A stretch of DNA of 64,000 nucleotides from Chloroflexota bacterium (GCA_963662335.2 CAXXVD010000005.1:256001-320000); one strand, 5' to 3'; positions 9,646 through 22,114 are shown, numbered from the stretch's first letter. Translations and numbers: made by a program. Notes: generated by a model not told the origin, from the letters alone.

Positions 9646-10263
9646 CTACCGCTCGAGGTTTCGCATTCGCGCTCTGGCGCGGGCCTGGGCCAGTTCTTGC
9701 GGCGTGTTGATGTTGCTGAAGGAGGCCAATTCAGGATCAAACCGGCGCACCTCATCCGCAGTGACGCGCCGCACGCGGAGCCGTTGCATGAGCCGGCCCA
9801 GCTTGAGGTCGCCGGAGCGCAACATCTCCGCGGCCGCCGGCAGGCAGCGCTTGTGGTAGACCGTGTGCAGGGTCTCCGGCTCCTGCCGCACAACCGGCGC
9901 CACGGCGTCCCACTCGTCGGTCGCGCGTGCGGCGAGCGCGCTGAGCAACGCGCCGTTCAGAAACGGCATGTCGCAGGCAACCGCCAGCGCCAGGGGCGTC
10001 GCCGCCGCCTGCAGGCCGCTCACCAGTCCGGTAAGGCTGGACTTCACCGGCGACACATCGGGAACCACGGTGAAGCCGGTCAGATCCGCGCGGTTTCCCA
10101 CCACCAAAGTTTCGTCGCACACCGACGCCACCACCGCGTGGACGTGCCCCAACAGCGTCTCCGCACTCTCTTCGCGCGGCCACGGCAGAAGCGCTTTGTC
10201 CCTTCCCAGCCGGTTGCTCTTGCCGCCGGCCAGGATGATTCCGGTTACGCCAACCTCTGCCAC
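9646..10263 (-). CDS. mobA: Molybdenum cofactor guanylyltransferase
   Basis: ILAGGKSNRLGRDKALL, ACDMPF, NINTP; divergent from the FDH operon; start taken at GTG 10263. Confidence 0.92.
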   Translation of the reverse strand: MAEVGVTGIILAGGKSNRLGRDKALLPWPREESAETLLGHVHAVVASVCDETLVVGNRADLTGFTVVPDVSPVKSSLTGLVSGLQAAATPLALAVACDMPFLNGALLSALAARATDEWDAVAPVVRQEPETLHTVYHKRCLPAAAEMLRSGDLKLGRLMQRLRVRRVTADEVRRFDPELASFSNINTPQELAQARARARMRNLER

Positions 10264-10405
10264 GGCGGCCCCTCTTTGTGCGCCGGTCAATGCGCAAATT
10301 CGCGACCTTCTCTTGCCCGCCGCCCATAGTATCACCGCCCGCTGTGACGCGGATAGCCGGCGGGCACTCTTGAACCGTACAAACTGCGTTACCGTCACTC
10401 ATTCC

Positions 10406-10414
10406 TGTTATACT
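10406..10414 (+). promoter_or_regulatory. Putative extended -10 promoter (TGnTATACT) of the FDH operon
   Basis: TGTTATACT about 47 nt upstream of ATG 10461 in GC-rich context. Confidence 0.5.
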
Positions 10415-10460
10415 AATTGTGCCAATCGGAGTAGCATCACGCCGGAAGAGGCCGGAAGCC

Positions 10461-12374
10461 ATGGGCAAACGCAACGCGGTGCGACTAACGGAACCGCTGG
10501 TGCGGAAGAACGGGGAACTCCGTCCCGCCTCCTGGGATGAGGCGTTGGCGCGCGTGGCCGCGGGCGTGGGCGGCGCGGTAGCGCAACGCGGGCCGCGCAC
10601 GTTCGGGCTCTTCAGTTGCTCCAAAGCGACCAACGAGGTCAACTATCTCGCCCAGAAGTTCACGCGCGCCGTCATCGGCACCAACAACATCGATAGCTGC
10701 AACCGCACCTGACACGCGCCCAGCGTCGCCGGTCTGGCGACCGTGTTCGGACTGGGAGGCGGCACGAGTTCGTACCGCGAGATCGAAGAAACCGGCGTCA
10801 TCCTGCTTTGGGGTTCCAACGCGCGCGATACGCATCCCATCTTCTTTCACCACGTCCTCAAAGGCGTGCACAACGGCGCGCGGCTCTACGTAGTCGATCC
10901 GCGCCGCACGAGTTCCGCCCAATGGGCCGACGCCTGGCTGGGCGTGGACGTGGGCGCGGACATTGCCCTGGCCAACGCCATGGCGCGCGAGATCATCCAC
11001 GCCGGTTTGGCTCACGACGAGTTCATCAGCCACGCCACCGCCGGCTTTGCGGAATACCGCGCCTCGGTTGAACCGTACACGCTGGCTCGCGCCGAGGAAG
11101 TCACGGGCGTGCCGGCGGAGACGATCCGCGAAACCGCCCACGCCTACGCCGCGGCGGAACGCGCTCAGATTTGCTGGACGCTGGGCATCACCGAGCACCA
11201 CAACGCCGTTGACAATGTACTCGCGCTCATCAACCTCGCGCTGCTCACCGGGCACGTGGGCCGCTACGGTTCCGGGCTCAATCCTCTGCGCGGCCAGAAC
11301 AACGTGCAGGGCAGCGGCGACATGGGCGCGCTGCCGGACCGGCTGCCCGGCTTCCAGCACGTGGAGAACGCGCCCCTGCGGGAGAAGTTCGAGCGCGCCT
11401 GGGACACGCCCCTGCCGGCCAAGAAGGGCTGGAACCTGACCGAGATGTTCGACGCTATGGAGCGGGGCGAACTGACCGCCCTCTACGTGCTGGGCGAGAA
11501 CCCGGCCCAATCGGAGGCCGACCAGCACCGCGCGCAGAAACTGCTGCGGGGCCTGGACGTGCTCGTGGTGCAGGACGTCCTCATGAACGCGACGGCGAAA
11601 CTGGCCGACGTGGTGCTGCCCGCCGCCGCAAGCTGGTGCGAGTCCGAGGGCACGGCCACCAACAGCGAGCGGCGCGTGCAGCGGGTGCGCCGGGCCATGA
11701 CTCCCCCGCCGGGCGTGAAAGACGATCTTACGATCCTGTGCGACGTGGCGCGCAGTTTGGGCGGCGACGTGGGCAATCCGGTTGCCGAAGAGCTTTGGAA
11801 TGAGCTACGCGGCCTCAGCCCCTTCCACGCCGGCATGAGCTATGAACGCCTGGAGCGCGAGGACGGCCTGCAGTGGCCCTGCTACGACGAGACGCACCCG
11901 GGCGAGATGTATCTGCACGGCCGCCTGTGGCAACGGCCCGTGCTGGGGCCGCGCGCGCCGTTTTCGCCGGTAGAGTTCTCGCCGCCCGTGGAGCGGCTGG
12001 ACGACGAGTTCCCCATCCGCTTGACCACCGGCCGCCGCCTGGACTCGTTCAACACCGGCGTGCAGACCGCCGGCTACACCTCGCCGCTGCGCCGGAGCGA
12101 AACGATCGACCTTTCACCGGAAGACGGTGAAGGACTCGGTGTTGCCGAAGGCGAGACTGTGCGCGTCTGCTCGCGCCGGGGGGCGGTGCGCGCGCCGGTG
12201 CGCTTCGATCCCTCCCTGCGTCCCGGCCTGGCGTTCATGACGCCGCACTTCCCCAACGAGGTCGCCACCAACGAGTTGACCATCGACGCCACCGATCCAA
12301 AGTCCGGCACCGCCGAGTTCAAGGCCACGGCCATCCGCGTGGAAAAGCTCGCGGCGGCGGTCGGTTCGGACTAG
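10461..12374 (+). CDS. fdhF: Formate dehydrogenase catalytic (Mo/W-bisPGD) subunit, selenocysteine-containing (UGA 10710-10712)
   Basis: ORFs 10419-10712 and 10743-12374 share a frame; read-through gives NNIDSCNRT-U-HAPSVAGL; PLRGQNNVQG and C-terminal molybdopterin-binding motifs are present. Confidence 0.93.
10713..10746 (+). promoter_or_regulatory. Bacterial SECIS element
   Basis: Stem GTCGCC (10725-10730) / GGCGAC (10736-10741) with a GGTCT loop 12 nt after the UGA, matching the placement and GGUCU apex of the E. coli fdhF SECIS. Confidence 0.85.
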
Positions 12375-12409
12375 CGCGTTTTTCTCCGAGACCCCAGTAG
12401 GAAACCGCA

Positions 12410-14283
<1,874 letters not shown>

Positions 14284-14284
<1 letters not shown>

Positions 14285-15291
14285 TGCCTTCGGATTCCAC
14301 TGAGGCGGCCCTGACGCCGACCTGGCAGTTTCTCAATCCGGTGCCGCGCGGGCCGCTGCCCACGGCTCCCAGGGCGGAACCGCAGCCTGAGGTCGAGGTG
14401 ACCATCGACGGCCGGCGCGCGTCGGTGGCCGCCGGTTCCACCCTGCTGCAAGCGGCCGAGAGCATTGGCGTGGAGACCCCCACCCTCTGCTATCTGGAGA
14501 ACCTGACGCCGGTAAACGTCTGCCGTGTCTGCGTGGTTGAACTCGAAGGCTCGCGTACGCTCGTGCCCGCGTGCTCGCGCAAAGTGGAGCCGGGCATGAA
14601 CGTGCAGACCGATTCGCCGCGCGTGCGCCTGAGCCGCCGCCTGGTGCTGGAGTTTCTCGCCTCGTCGGTTGACGTATCGACCGCGCCGGAGTTGCAGCAG
14701 TACATGGCGGAGTACGAGGCGCAACCGGAGCGGTATGGCCCCGCGGCGCCGCCTGCCATTGCCCATGACCGCGACGCTGCCGCGCCCGGCCACCACGCCG
14801 CGCCCGCGCTCGACGCGGCCGAGACGGTCGCGCAGCCGGTGAAGATCGACAACGAACTCTACATCCGCGACTACGCCAAGTGCATCCTCTGCTACAAGTG
14901 CGTGGAAGCCTGCGGCGAGGATGCCCAGAACACGTTTGCCATCGCGGTGGCCGGCCGGGGCTTCGACGCGCGCATCGCCACGGAATTCGCCGTGCCCCTG
15001 CCGGACTCGGCCTGTGTCTACTGCGGCAACTGCATCGGCGTCTGCCCCACGGGCGCGCTGATGTTCCACAGCGAGTACGAGATGCGCCAGGCCGGGACTT
15101 GGGACGAGGACGCCCAGAGCGAGACCGACACCATTTGCTCCTACTGCGGCGTGGGCTGCACCCTGAGCCTGCACATCCAGGACAACGAGATTGTGAAAGT
15201 CACCTCGCCGCTGGATAGCGACGTCACCGAGGGGCATCTCTGCATCAAGGGGCGGTTCGGCTGGCAGTTCATGCAGCAGCCCAAGAAGTAG
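14284..15291 (+). CDS. Iron-sulfur subunit of FDH (2Fe-2S, two 4Fe-4S and the Molybdop_Fe4S4 domain)
   Basis: PTLC..CRVCVVE..ACS, KCILCYKCVEAC, CVYCGNCIGVCP and C-terminal CSYCGVGC...HLCIKGRFG; start overlaps the upstream stop (TGATG). Confidence 0.9.
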
Positions 15292-15334
15292 GCGCGGATT
15301 GCCCTCTATCCCGCTGCCGACAGGGCTATGTGAA

Positions 15335-15442
15335 TGTCATTCCGAGCGCAGCGAGGAATCTAAAGATGCTGGTCTTGCAAGGCTGCGCTTTAGATTCCGC
15401 GAACAGGGTTCGACACTCCGCTGCGCTCCGTTCGGAATGACA
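15335..15442. repeat. Inverted pair of TGTCATTCCGAGCGCAGCGAGGAATCT-family REP-like repeats
   Basis: The same unit recurs at 25812, 39736-39812, 41083-41239 and 47196-47299. Confidence 0.85.
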
Positions 15443-15477
15443 CGTCACGCCGGCAATAGTATGCACACCCGTGTCAA

Positions 15478-15508
15478 CTCTCCCTGGAGAGAGGGACGGG
15501 GTGAGGGG
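15478..15508 (-). repeat. CCCTCACCCC..CCCTCTC.C...GGGAGAG palindromic repeat
   Basis: A related copy lies in frame inside mre11 at 43164-43195. Confidence 0.7.
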
Positions 15509-15566
15509 ATTCCTCTTGAGGTCCGCTCCACGACCGCCGGCGACGCGCGGTGCGGCCAAGCCTATC

Positions 15567-16400
15567 TCAGGTGACGATGCGCTCGGGGCTGGTGTACACG
15601 TTCATCGAGGTCTCGCGCAGGAAGCCCACCAGCGTCATGCCCGTTGCCGCCGCCAGTTCCACCGCCAGGCTGGAAGGCGCGCCGACCGCGGCCACCAGCG
15701 GCACGCGCGCCAGCAGGCACTTCTGCACGATCTCGAAACCCGCGCGCCCGCTGACGAGCACGACGTAGTCGTCCAGCGGCAGCATCTTGCGAAAAAGGGC
15801 GGCCCCAATCATCTTGTCCACCGCGTTGTGGCGGCCCACGTCTTCCCGCAACAGCATGAGTTCGCCGGCGGCATCGAAGAGCCCGGCGGCGTGCAAGGCC
15901 CCGGTGCGGTCGAACGTGTCCTGCGCCGCGCGCAAGGTTTCCGGCAAGCGATAGATCGTCGCCGCGTCGACCCGCAGTTCGCTGCGCAGCGGTTCCGCCG
16001 CCTGCCGCACGGCGTCGATGCTGGCTTTGCCGCAAATGCCGCAACTCGACGATGCCGGGAAGTTGCGCTGCCAGCCCTGCTGCAAGAGGTCCAGATCGCC
16101 GTTGACGTAGGCCAGGATGATGTTGTCGCGCTCTTCCTCAGTCTTGCCGGGGCAATGGCCTATCGAGACCAGGTCCGACGGCGCGGAAATGAGCCGCTCC
16201 GTCCACAAGAAGCCGGCCGCCAGTTCCTCATCGTGGCCGGGCGTGCGCATGGTGACCGCGACGCTCTGCCCGTTCACGCGGATTTCCAGCGGCTCCTCCC
16301 GTGCCAGCACGTCCGGACTGCTCACCACGCCGTGCGCGGAGTGTCTTTCTACCCGCCACTCGGTGGTAGGCGCTGGCCGCTCGAGGTTTGTCTGTGCCAC
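15567..16400 (-). CDS. fdhD: Formate dehydrogenase accessory sulfurtransferase
   Basis: EEPLEI, TMRTPG, SSCGICG, TGALHAA, EDVGRHNAVDK; GTG start with AGGAG upstream. Confidence 0.95.
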   Translation of the reverse strand: MAQTNLERPAPTTEWRVERHSAHGVVSSPDVLAREEPLEIRVNGQSVAVTMRTPGHDEELAAGFLWTERLISAPSDLVSIGHCPGKTEEERDNIILAYVNGDLDLLQQGWQRNFPASSSCGICGKASIDAVRQAAEPLRSELRVDAATIYRLPETLRAAQDTFDRTGALHAAGLFDAAGELMLLREDVGRHNAVDKMIGAALFRKMLPLDDYVVLVSGRAGFEIVQKCLLARVPLVAAVGAPSSLAVELAAATGMTLVGFLRETSMNVYTSPERIVT

Positions 16401-16592
16401 TTGCGGTCTCCTGTTCCGGCGCACAGCTACGCCAGTTCCTGAAATCACCCACTCTTGCGTGTTCAACCGGCACGTTTTCCCTATACACTACCCCATGTAA
16501 GACAAGCCCGCTAGCCAAAGTGTGGTATTGTGCGTGCTAGCGGCAACGCGGCGATTCGATTAGCCGCTGCAACGCGCCGGTGAGAGAGAACT

Positions 16593-18758
16593 ATGGCAAC
16601 TGCATCTATCAGCGGACGAGTCTACGCGGCAGAGTCTGGAGAAGGAATCGGCGGCGTGCTCGTCTCCAACGGCGACGCCATCGTGCACACCGCGCCCGAC
16701 GGCCGCTACACGCTCGCCATCGATCCCCAGCAGGACCGCTACGTCTTCATCACCGTGCCGGCGGGGTATCGGCCCCGTGAGCGCTTCTATGCACTCCTTG
16801 ACGACAGCCCGACACAGGCGGGGTGCGACTTTCCCTTGCTGGCCGCCCCGGAGCGGGCGAGAACGACGTTCCGCCTCGCGCATCTCTCCGACACCCACGT
16901 GGTCATTGACGGCAGCGGGCCGGTCTCACAGGAGATGCTGGCGCGGGATCTTCACGACCTGGTGCAAACCGCCGCGCCGGATCTGGCCATAATCACCGGC
17001 GATCTAACGAACATGGGCACCATTGAGGAACTGGAAGGCTACCGGACGGCAATGGAATCCGCAGGCATCCCGGTGGTATCGGTCTTTGGCGGACACGACG
17101 GCAACATCGAACGCCGGTCCAGCAACGCCGACACGGTCTGCACCCGCAACTTCGAAGCCACGCTCGGGCCCACGTACTACAGCTTCGATTGGGGCGGCTA
17201 TCACTTCGTGGTGTACGCGACGGAAGATCACTATTTCTCCGCTGCCGGGAGAGCGCGCAAGGAGCGCTGGCTCCAGGCCGATCTGGCGCGCCAGCCCAGC
17301 GGCCGCGCGTCCGTTCTCATGCTGCACACAGCGCCGGACGCGGACCTGTTGGCGCGTTTCAGCCGGCTCGGCGGCGCGCTCGTCTTGCACGGGCACTGGC
17401 ATTCCAGCCGGGTCTTCACAGCCGGTGATACGTTGGTAGCTTCTGCTCCGTCTTTCTGCTTTGGCGGCATCGACACCCGGCCGCGAGGGTGCCGTCTCAT
17501 ATCGTTCTCGCCCCAGGGCGTGGAAACGGCGCTCCACGCTCAGAGCCGCTCCGCCAAGAGCGCACGCAAGCCGAACCCTGCGACAGATGCGCCCAATCCG
17601 CAGCCGCCGTCCCGCATCGCAATCGGCGCGGAGACGCACTCGCTGGCCTGGACGCGCGCATTGGGCAGTCCGCTGCACCGCGCCGCGCCGGTGGCGTTCC
17701 GGGACAACGTGCTGGTTAGCCTGCACAGCGAGCGCCATCCCGGCCGCGACGGCGTGCTGTGCGTCGATTCCCACAGCGGCGAAGAACGGTGGCAGTACGC
17801 CACGGCAGCCGCCGTGAAGCACAGTTGCGCGGTCGTGACGAGCAGCCGCGATGCGGCGGGCGCAGGCGGCGCGGCTCTGTGCGCGGCCCTCACGGTTTCG
17901 GGCGAACTCCATCTCATCCACGTGGCGACCGGCGAGCGCGCCTGGAGCGCGGCGCTGCCGTCGCATCCGCACCGTTGGGTCTGTTCAGCGCCGGCCCACA
18001 ACGGTGAAGTGATCGTAGCCGGCTCCAAGGCGGGCTACGGCGCGTATGCGCTGGCGGATGGGGCGCAGCGGTGGTACGCCGCGCCTTCCGACGGCGACGA
18101 GTGGCCGTTGTACATTCACCCCCAGGTGTACCGCGACGAACTCTGCATCGTGCTGGTGCAGCGGCGCGGCATTCTGGCGCTGGGCATGGCGGACGGAGGC
18201 ATCGTCTGGGAGCGAGATCTGCCGGTCGAGTACTACTGCGCCTCGCCGGTGCTCGCAGGCGACCTGGTGGTGGTGAGTTCCGCTTCGCCGCACACAGGAG
18301 CCAGCCTGACGGGCGGGCGGGCGGGCGACCTGGCCGTGCTCGCGGCCCGCACCGGCAACGTCGTCAACCACTTCGCCAACGCGCTGCCGGGTTACGCCAC
18401 CGGCGTTGCGGTGCAGGACGGCCGCATCTACACCGCAACCGCGGCCGGCAGCGCGCACTGCCACGACCTGAGCACGGGCGCTGAACTCTGGCAATTCCAG
18501 TGCGGAGACGACCTGCTGGACATGACGCCGTACCGGCGGAAAATCCGTTCTCTGCTGGCCGCGCCCGTGCCGCGTGGCGAGCACGTGCTCGTGCCCTCGT
18601 GCGACGGCCACCTGTACGTGCTGGAAAGCGATACCGGCGCGTGCGCCGACCGCGCCAATTTTGGCGCGCCGCTATCGGCGTCACCGTGCCTCACACCGGA
18701 CGGCTTTGCCCTTGGCACGTACGCCGGAAGCCTTTACTCGTATCAGGCTAATCGCTGA
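16593..18758 (+). CDS. Calcineurin-like metallophosphoesterase fused to a PQQ/BamB-type beta-propeller
   Basis: N-terminal GVLVSNG..TAPDGRY domain; SDTH, GDL, GGHD and GHWH metal motifs; repeated G(E/A)xxW blades in the C-terminal half. Confidence 0.82.
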   Translation: MATASISGRVYAAESGEGIGGVLVSNGDAIVHTAPDGRYTLAIDPQQDRYVFITVPAGYRPRERFYALLDDSPTQAGCDFPLLAAPERARTTFRLAHLSDTHVVIDGSGPVSQEMLARDLHDLVQTAAPDLAIITGDLTNMGTIEELEGYRTAMESAGIPVVSVFGGHDGNIERRSSNADTVCTRNFEATLGPTYYSFDWGGYHFVVYATEDHYFSAAGRARKERWLQADLARQPSGRASVLMLHTAPDADLLARFSRLGGALVLHGHWHSSRVFTAGDTLVASAPSFCFGGIDTRPRGCRLISFSPQGVETALHAQSRSAKSARKPNPATDAPNPQPPSRIAIGAETHSLAWTRALGSPLHRAAPVAFRDNVLVSLHSERHPGRDGVLCVDSHSGEERWQYATAAAVKHSCAVVTSSRDAAGAGGAALCAALTVSGELHLIHVATGERAWSAALPSHPHRWVCSAPAHNGEVIVAGSKAGYGAYALADGAQRWYAAPSDGDEWPLYIHPQVYRDELCIVLVQRRGILALGMADGGIVWERDLPVEYYCASPVLAGDLVVVSSASPHTGASLTGGRAGDLAVLAARTGNVVNHFANALPGYATGVAVQDGRIYTATAAGSAHCHDLSTGAELWQFQCGDDLLDMTPYRRKIRSLLAAPVPRGEHVLVPSCDGHLYVLESDTGACADRANFGAPLSASPCLTPDGFALGTYAGSLYSYQANR

Positions 18759-18811
18759 CCCTCATGGGTATGTGAAGTGGCGCCAGCCAATCAGAGTTGA
18801 TGGTGCGAAAA

Positions 18812-19013
18812 GCCAGCAACCGTTCGTCCTGAGCCTGTCGAAGGATGAACGGTTGCTGGCGCCGCCTCAAACGCAATTGCCGGTGCTTCGATAAGCTCAG
18901 CACGAACGGTAACCGCCATTCTCCGCTCCCGACCGTGCTTCGACAGGCTCAGCACGAACGGTAACCGCCATTCTCCGCTCCCGACCGCGCTTCGACAAGC
19001 TCAGCACGAACGG
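18812..19013. repeat. REP-like hairpin plus a 52-bp tandem array (CTTCGACAGGCTCAGCACGAACGG family)
   Basis: Long hairpin at 18812-18860; units start at 18885, 18937 and 18989 with near-identical linkers; lies between convergent genes. Confidence 0.88.
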
Positions 19014-19036
19014 ATACTGGATACTTACAGACGCCT

Positions 19037-19762
19037 TTAAAGTTGGCTCGGCAGGAGCCGCATATCCGGCACGTAGGCGCGCGCCGGCAACGACGCTACC
19101 AGCAGCGCCGCCTGCGCCACGTCTTCCGGCTCCAGCGCCTTGGCCAGGACTTCCGGCGGCGTGGGCGTGGGACGTTTCTCCACCAGCGGCGTATTGCAGA
19201 GGCCGGGAAAGATCACCGTCACCCGCACGCCGTTCTCCTTCTCTTCCTCCATAGTGCCGTAGGCCAGGCCGGCCACGCCGTGCTTGGCGGCCTGGTAGGC
19301 CACGCCGGACACGTCCGGCCGCTGCACCGCGCCGGAGGAGTAGTGGATGATGAGGCCCTGCCCCTGGGCGCGCAATTGCGGCAGCACCGCGCGGGTGAGA
19401 TTGAAGGCCGCCGAGATGTTTACCGTCAGCATCATCTCCCAGTCGGCGGGGTCGAGCACCGTCAGCGCGCGCTGCTTGAGATTAGTGCCCACGCTGTTCA
19501 CGAGCAGGTCCACTTTGCCGTGGCGCGCAACCGCCGCGTCCACCAGCTCCTGGGCCGCCGCGCCGTCGGTGGCGTCCGTGGGCACGGCCAGCGCGTTGCC
19601 GCCGGCCGCCTGGATCTCGTCCGCCACCGATTGCAGTGCGTCGGCGCTGCGCGCCCCCAGCGCCACCGCCGCGCCGCGCGCCGCAAAGAGCCGCGCCGTG
19701 GCCGCCCCCATGCCGCTGCTGGCGCCGGCCACAATTGCCACCTTGCCGTCAAGCGTCTGCAT
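19037..19762 (-). CDS. Short-chain dehydrogenase/reductase
   Basis: AGASSGMG and YQAAK motifs; AGGAGAGG upstream. Confidence 0.9.
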   Translation of the reverse strand: MQTLDGKVAIVAGASSGMGAATARLFAARGAAVALGARSADALQSVADEIQAAGGNALAVPTDATDGAAAQELVDAAVARHGKVDLLVNSVGTNLKQRALTVLDPADWEMMLTVNISAAFNLTRAVLPQLRAQGQGLIIHYSSGAVQRPDVSGVAYQAAKHGVAGLAYGTMEEEKENGVRVTVIFPGLCNTPLVEKRPTPTPPEVLAKALEPEDVAQAALLVASLPARAYVPDMRLLPSQL

Positions 19763-20044
19763 TCTCGTTCATCCTCTCCTTAGTGATCTCTGGTCCGGTT
19801 GGAGTGGCCGCGCTCATGCAACCCGGGCGTCTTTCGCAATGGGAAGCGCGCGGCGGACGTGGAACTGCGCCACGCCCTACCGCTGACTATACCGCATCTG
19901 CACTTTTGAACGCGCACGAGCCGCTGGCGGCCGCGCCGGGGCAACGCAGGCTGCGCAAGAGTCGGCGCAAGTATGGTATTTTGAACACTGAAGCGCCGAA
20001 CAGCTCCGTGCACGTGTCAGGACGAAGACACAAGGAAGATTGGG

Positions 20045-20590
20045 ATGAAACGCGGGCCGCTGCGAACGCTGCTCATGATTCTGGCGATTCTCGTTGCCGC
20101 CATTGCGGTCTCCTTTCTCCTGCAGTGGCGGGACTCGCTGCTCGACCGGTTGCCCGGCCTGCCGGAACCGGCCCCGAGCCAGGGCGCCACGGCCCCGGAC
20201 ATCACCTTGCAAAACCTGGATGGCGAATCGGTTTCGCTCAGCGACTATCGCGGCCAGCCGGTGGTGCTGAACTTCTGGGCCACGTGGTGCGGGCCGTGCC
20301 GCGCGGAGATGCCGCACCTGCAGGATGTCTACGAGGCCCACCGCGACGCGGGCCTGGTCGTGCTGGGCGTCAACGTGCGCGAGACTCGCGAGGAGGCCGT
20401 CGGCTTCTTGCGCGAGCTTGGCGTGGACTTTCCCGTGCTGCTCGATCCCGATCTCGCCGCCGTCGAACGCTACAGCGTGACCAGCCTGCCGATTACGTTC
20501 TTCATCGACCGCGACGGCACGATTAGGACTCTCGTCGTGGGCGGCATGACCAGGCGGGTGCTGGACGAGCGGGTGGCTACGATTCTCTAG
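20045..20590 (+). CDS. Membrane-anchored TlpA/ResA-family thiol-disulfide oxidoreductase
   Basis: N-terminal hydrophobic helix; NFWATWCGPCRAEMP. Confidence 0.93.
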   Translation: MKRGPLRTLLMILAILVAAIAVSFLLQWRDSLLDRLPGLPEPAPSQGATAPDITLQNLDGESVSLSDYRGQPVVLNFWATWCGPCRAEMPHLQDVYEAHRDAGLVVLGVNVRETREEAVGFLRELGVDFPVLLDPDLAAVERYSVTSLPITFFIDRDGTIRTLVVGGMTRRVLDERVATIL

Positions 20591-20728
20591 ACTCAACGCT
20601 AACCGCGGGCCGCCAGCGCAAGCGCGTACCGCTTCTTCGACAAGTCAACGCCGTCTAGCCGCTTTGGGTTTCTCTGTGCCCAAATGTAGCTGAGGCGCAC
20701 GTATCCGGCATGAAAGGGAGTACAGCAC

Positions 20729-21799
20729 ATGGGCGACCAAGCTCTGCGGGTTGGCATCATTGGCGCGGGCGGCATCGCCCGCGGCGCGCACGCTACCGGC
20801 TACCGGGAGTCCGGGCGCGCCAATATCGCGGCCGTCTGCGACGTGAACGCGGCGGCGGCGCGGGCGTTTGCCGAATCTCACGATCTGGCCCACCACTACG
20901 GCAGCGTCGATGAGATGCTGGCTCAGGAAGAACTGGACGTAGTGAGCATCTGTACCTCGAATGACGCCCACCATCCCGCCGCCATGGCCGCTATCGCGCG
21001 CGGCCTGCACGTCTTCTGCGAAAAACCGCTGGCCATGAACTTCAGCCAGGCGCTTGAGATGCATGACGCCGCTGAAGCGCAGGGCGTCGTGACCGGCGTC
21101 AACTTCACGTACCGCACGTTTCCCGCCGCCCGCTACATCAAGGAACTCACGGAACAGGCAATCTTTGGCGACGTGAAGCACTTCAGCATCGAGTACTACC
21201 AGAGCTACTCGGTGCAACCGGGCCGCGGGCTGGAGTGGCGCTTCCAAAAGAAACTCACCGGCACCGGCGCCCTGGCGGACCTCGGCTCACACGCCACCGA
21301 CCTGGCCCTCTGGCTGAACGGCGGCATTGCCGGCGCGCGCGGCCACATGGCGACCTTCATCCACGAACGCCCGCTGCTGGACGGCTCCGGCATGGGCAAG
21401 GTGGACGTGGATGACGCCACCACGTTTCTCGCCGCGTACGAGAACGGCGCTACCGGCGTCGTGGACGCGACGCGCTTTGCCACCGGCCGCAAGAATCACC
21501 AGCGGATTTCTATCTACGGGGACAAAGGCTCGCTGGTCTACCAGAACGGCCCGGAGCCGCGCCTGGAGATTTCGGCGGAGCCGTTCAGCAAGGACGGCGG
21601 CGAAGCGCTCGTGCCCGTCCCGCAGCGACTGCTCGGCGGCTCACGCTCGCACGTTCCGCCGTTCGTGGACACTATTCTCGACGGCGCGCCGGTCGCGTTT
21701 CCCACCTTCGCGGACGGCCTGCGCGCGCAGGAAGTGCTGGAGGCCGCCGAGGTTTCCCACAACGAAGACCGCTGGGTATCACTGCCGCTGCCAAAGTAG
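20729..21799 (+). CDS. Gfo/Idh/MocA family oxidoreductase
   Basis: IIGAGGIA, HVFCEKP, GALADLGSH. Confidence 0.92.
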   Translation: MGDQALRVGIIGAGGIARGAHATGYRESGRANIAAVCDVNAAAARAFAESHDLAHHYGSVDEMLAQEELDVVSICTSNDAHHPAAMAAIARGLHVFCEKPLAMNFSQALEMHDAAEAQGVVTGVNFTYRTFPAARYIKELTEQAIFGDVKHFSIEYYQSYSVQPGRGLEWRFQKKLTGTGALADLGSHATDLALWLNGGIAGARGHMATFIHERPLLDGSGMGKVDVDDATTFLAAYENGATGVVDATRFATGRKNHQRISIYGDKGSLVYQNGPEPRLEISAEPFSKDGGEALVPVPQRLLGGSRSHVPPFVDTILDGAPVAFPTFADGLRAQEVLEAAEVSHNEDRWVSLPLPK

Positions 21800-21853
21800 T
21801 CACCATGCCCGCGCGACGGCCACACAAGAGAATGAAGAGGAACGCACATCTCG

Positions 21854-21957
21854 CCGTTCGTGCTGAGCTTGTCGAAGCATGAACGGCGAGATGTGCGTTC
21901 GTCGTTGCTGCACGGTCAATCCGCCTTACACCCTTCGACAAGCTCAGGGCGAACGGC
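21854..21957. repeat. Inverted pair of CTTCGACAAGCTCAG-family REP-like repeats
   Basis: CCGTTCGTGCTGAGCTTGTCGAAGCATGAACGG and CCCTTCGACAAGCTCAGGGCGAACGG; same family as 18812-19013. Confidence 0.82.
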
Positions 21958-22114
21958 TCAGTTTGGCTACTTTCACGTCAGTGACGCACCCAGTCGCGCT
22001 ATTTTCACGTCAAGACGCCACATAGCGAAGACCGGCGCTCCGTCCCTAAGGCGGCGCGCCACCGCTCCGCGCTCCCTCAAGTCCACCAGTGATGACGCGT
22101 GCGGCTATAGGCCC

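Noticed and set aside
10419-12374. FDH alpha as a pseudogene or two separate genes
   Set aside because: The stop is an in-frame UGA at the Sec position with a SECIS-like hairpin directly downstream.
15299-15574. Small ORFs over intergenic repeats (also 21860-22141, 39641-39850, 46797-47273)
   Set aside because: The peptides (CHSERSEES, LSLSK, VIPSAARN) are translations of REP sequences, with no evidence of being genes.
18885-19013. Possible CRISPR array (three 25-bp repeats at regular spacing)
   Set aside because: The spacers are near-identical to each other, the unit matches a dispersed REP family and no cas genes are present.
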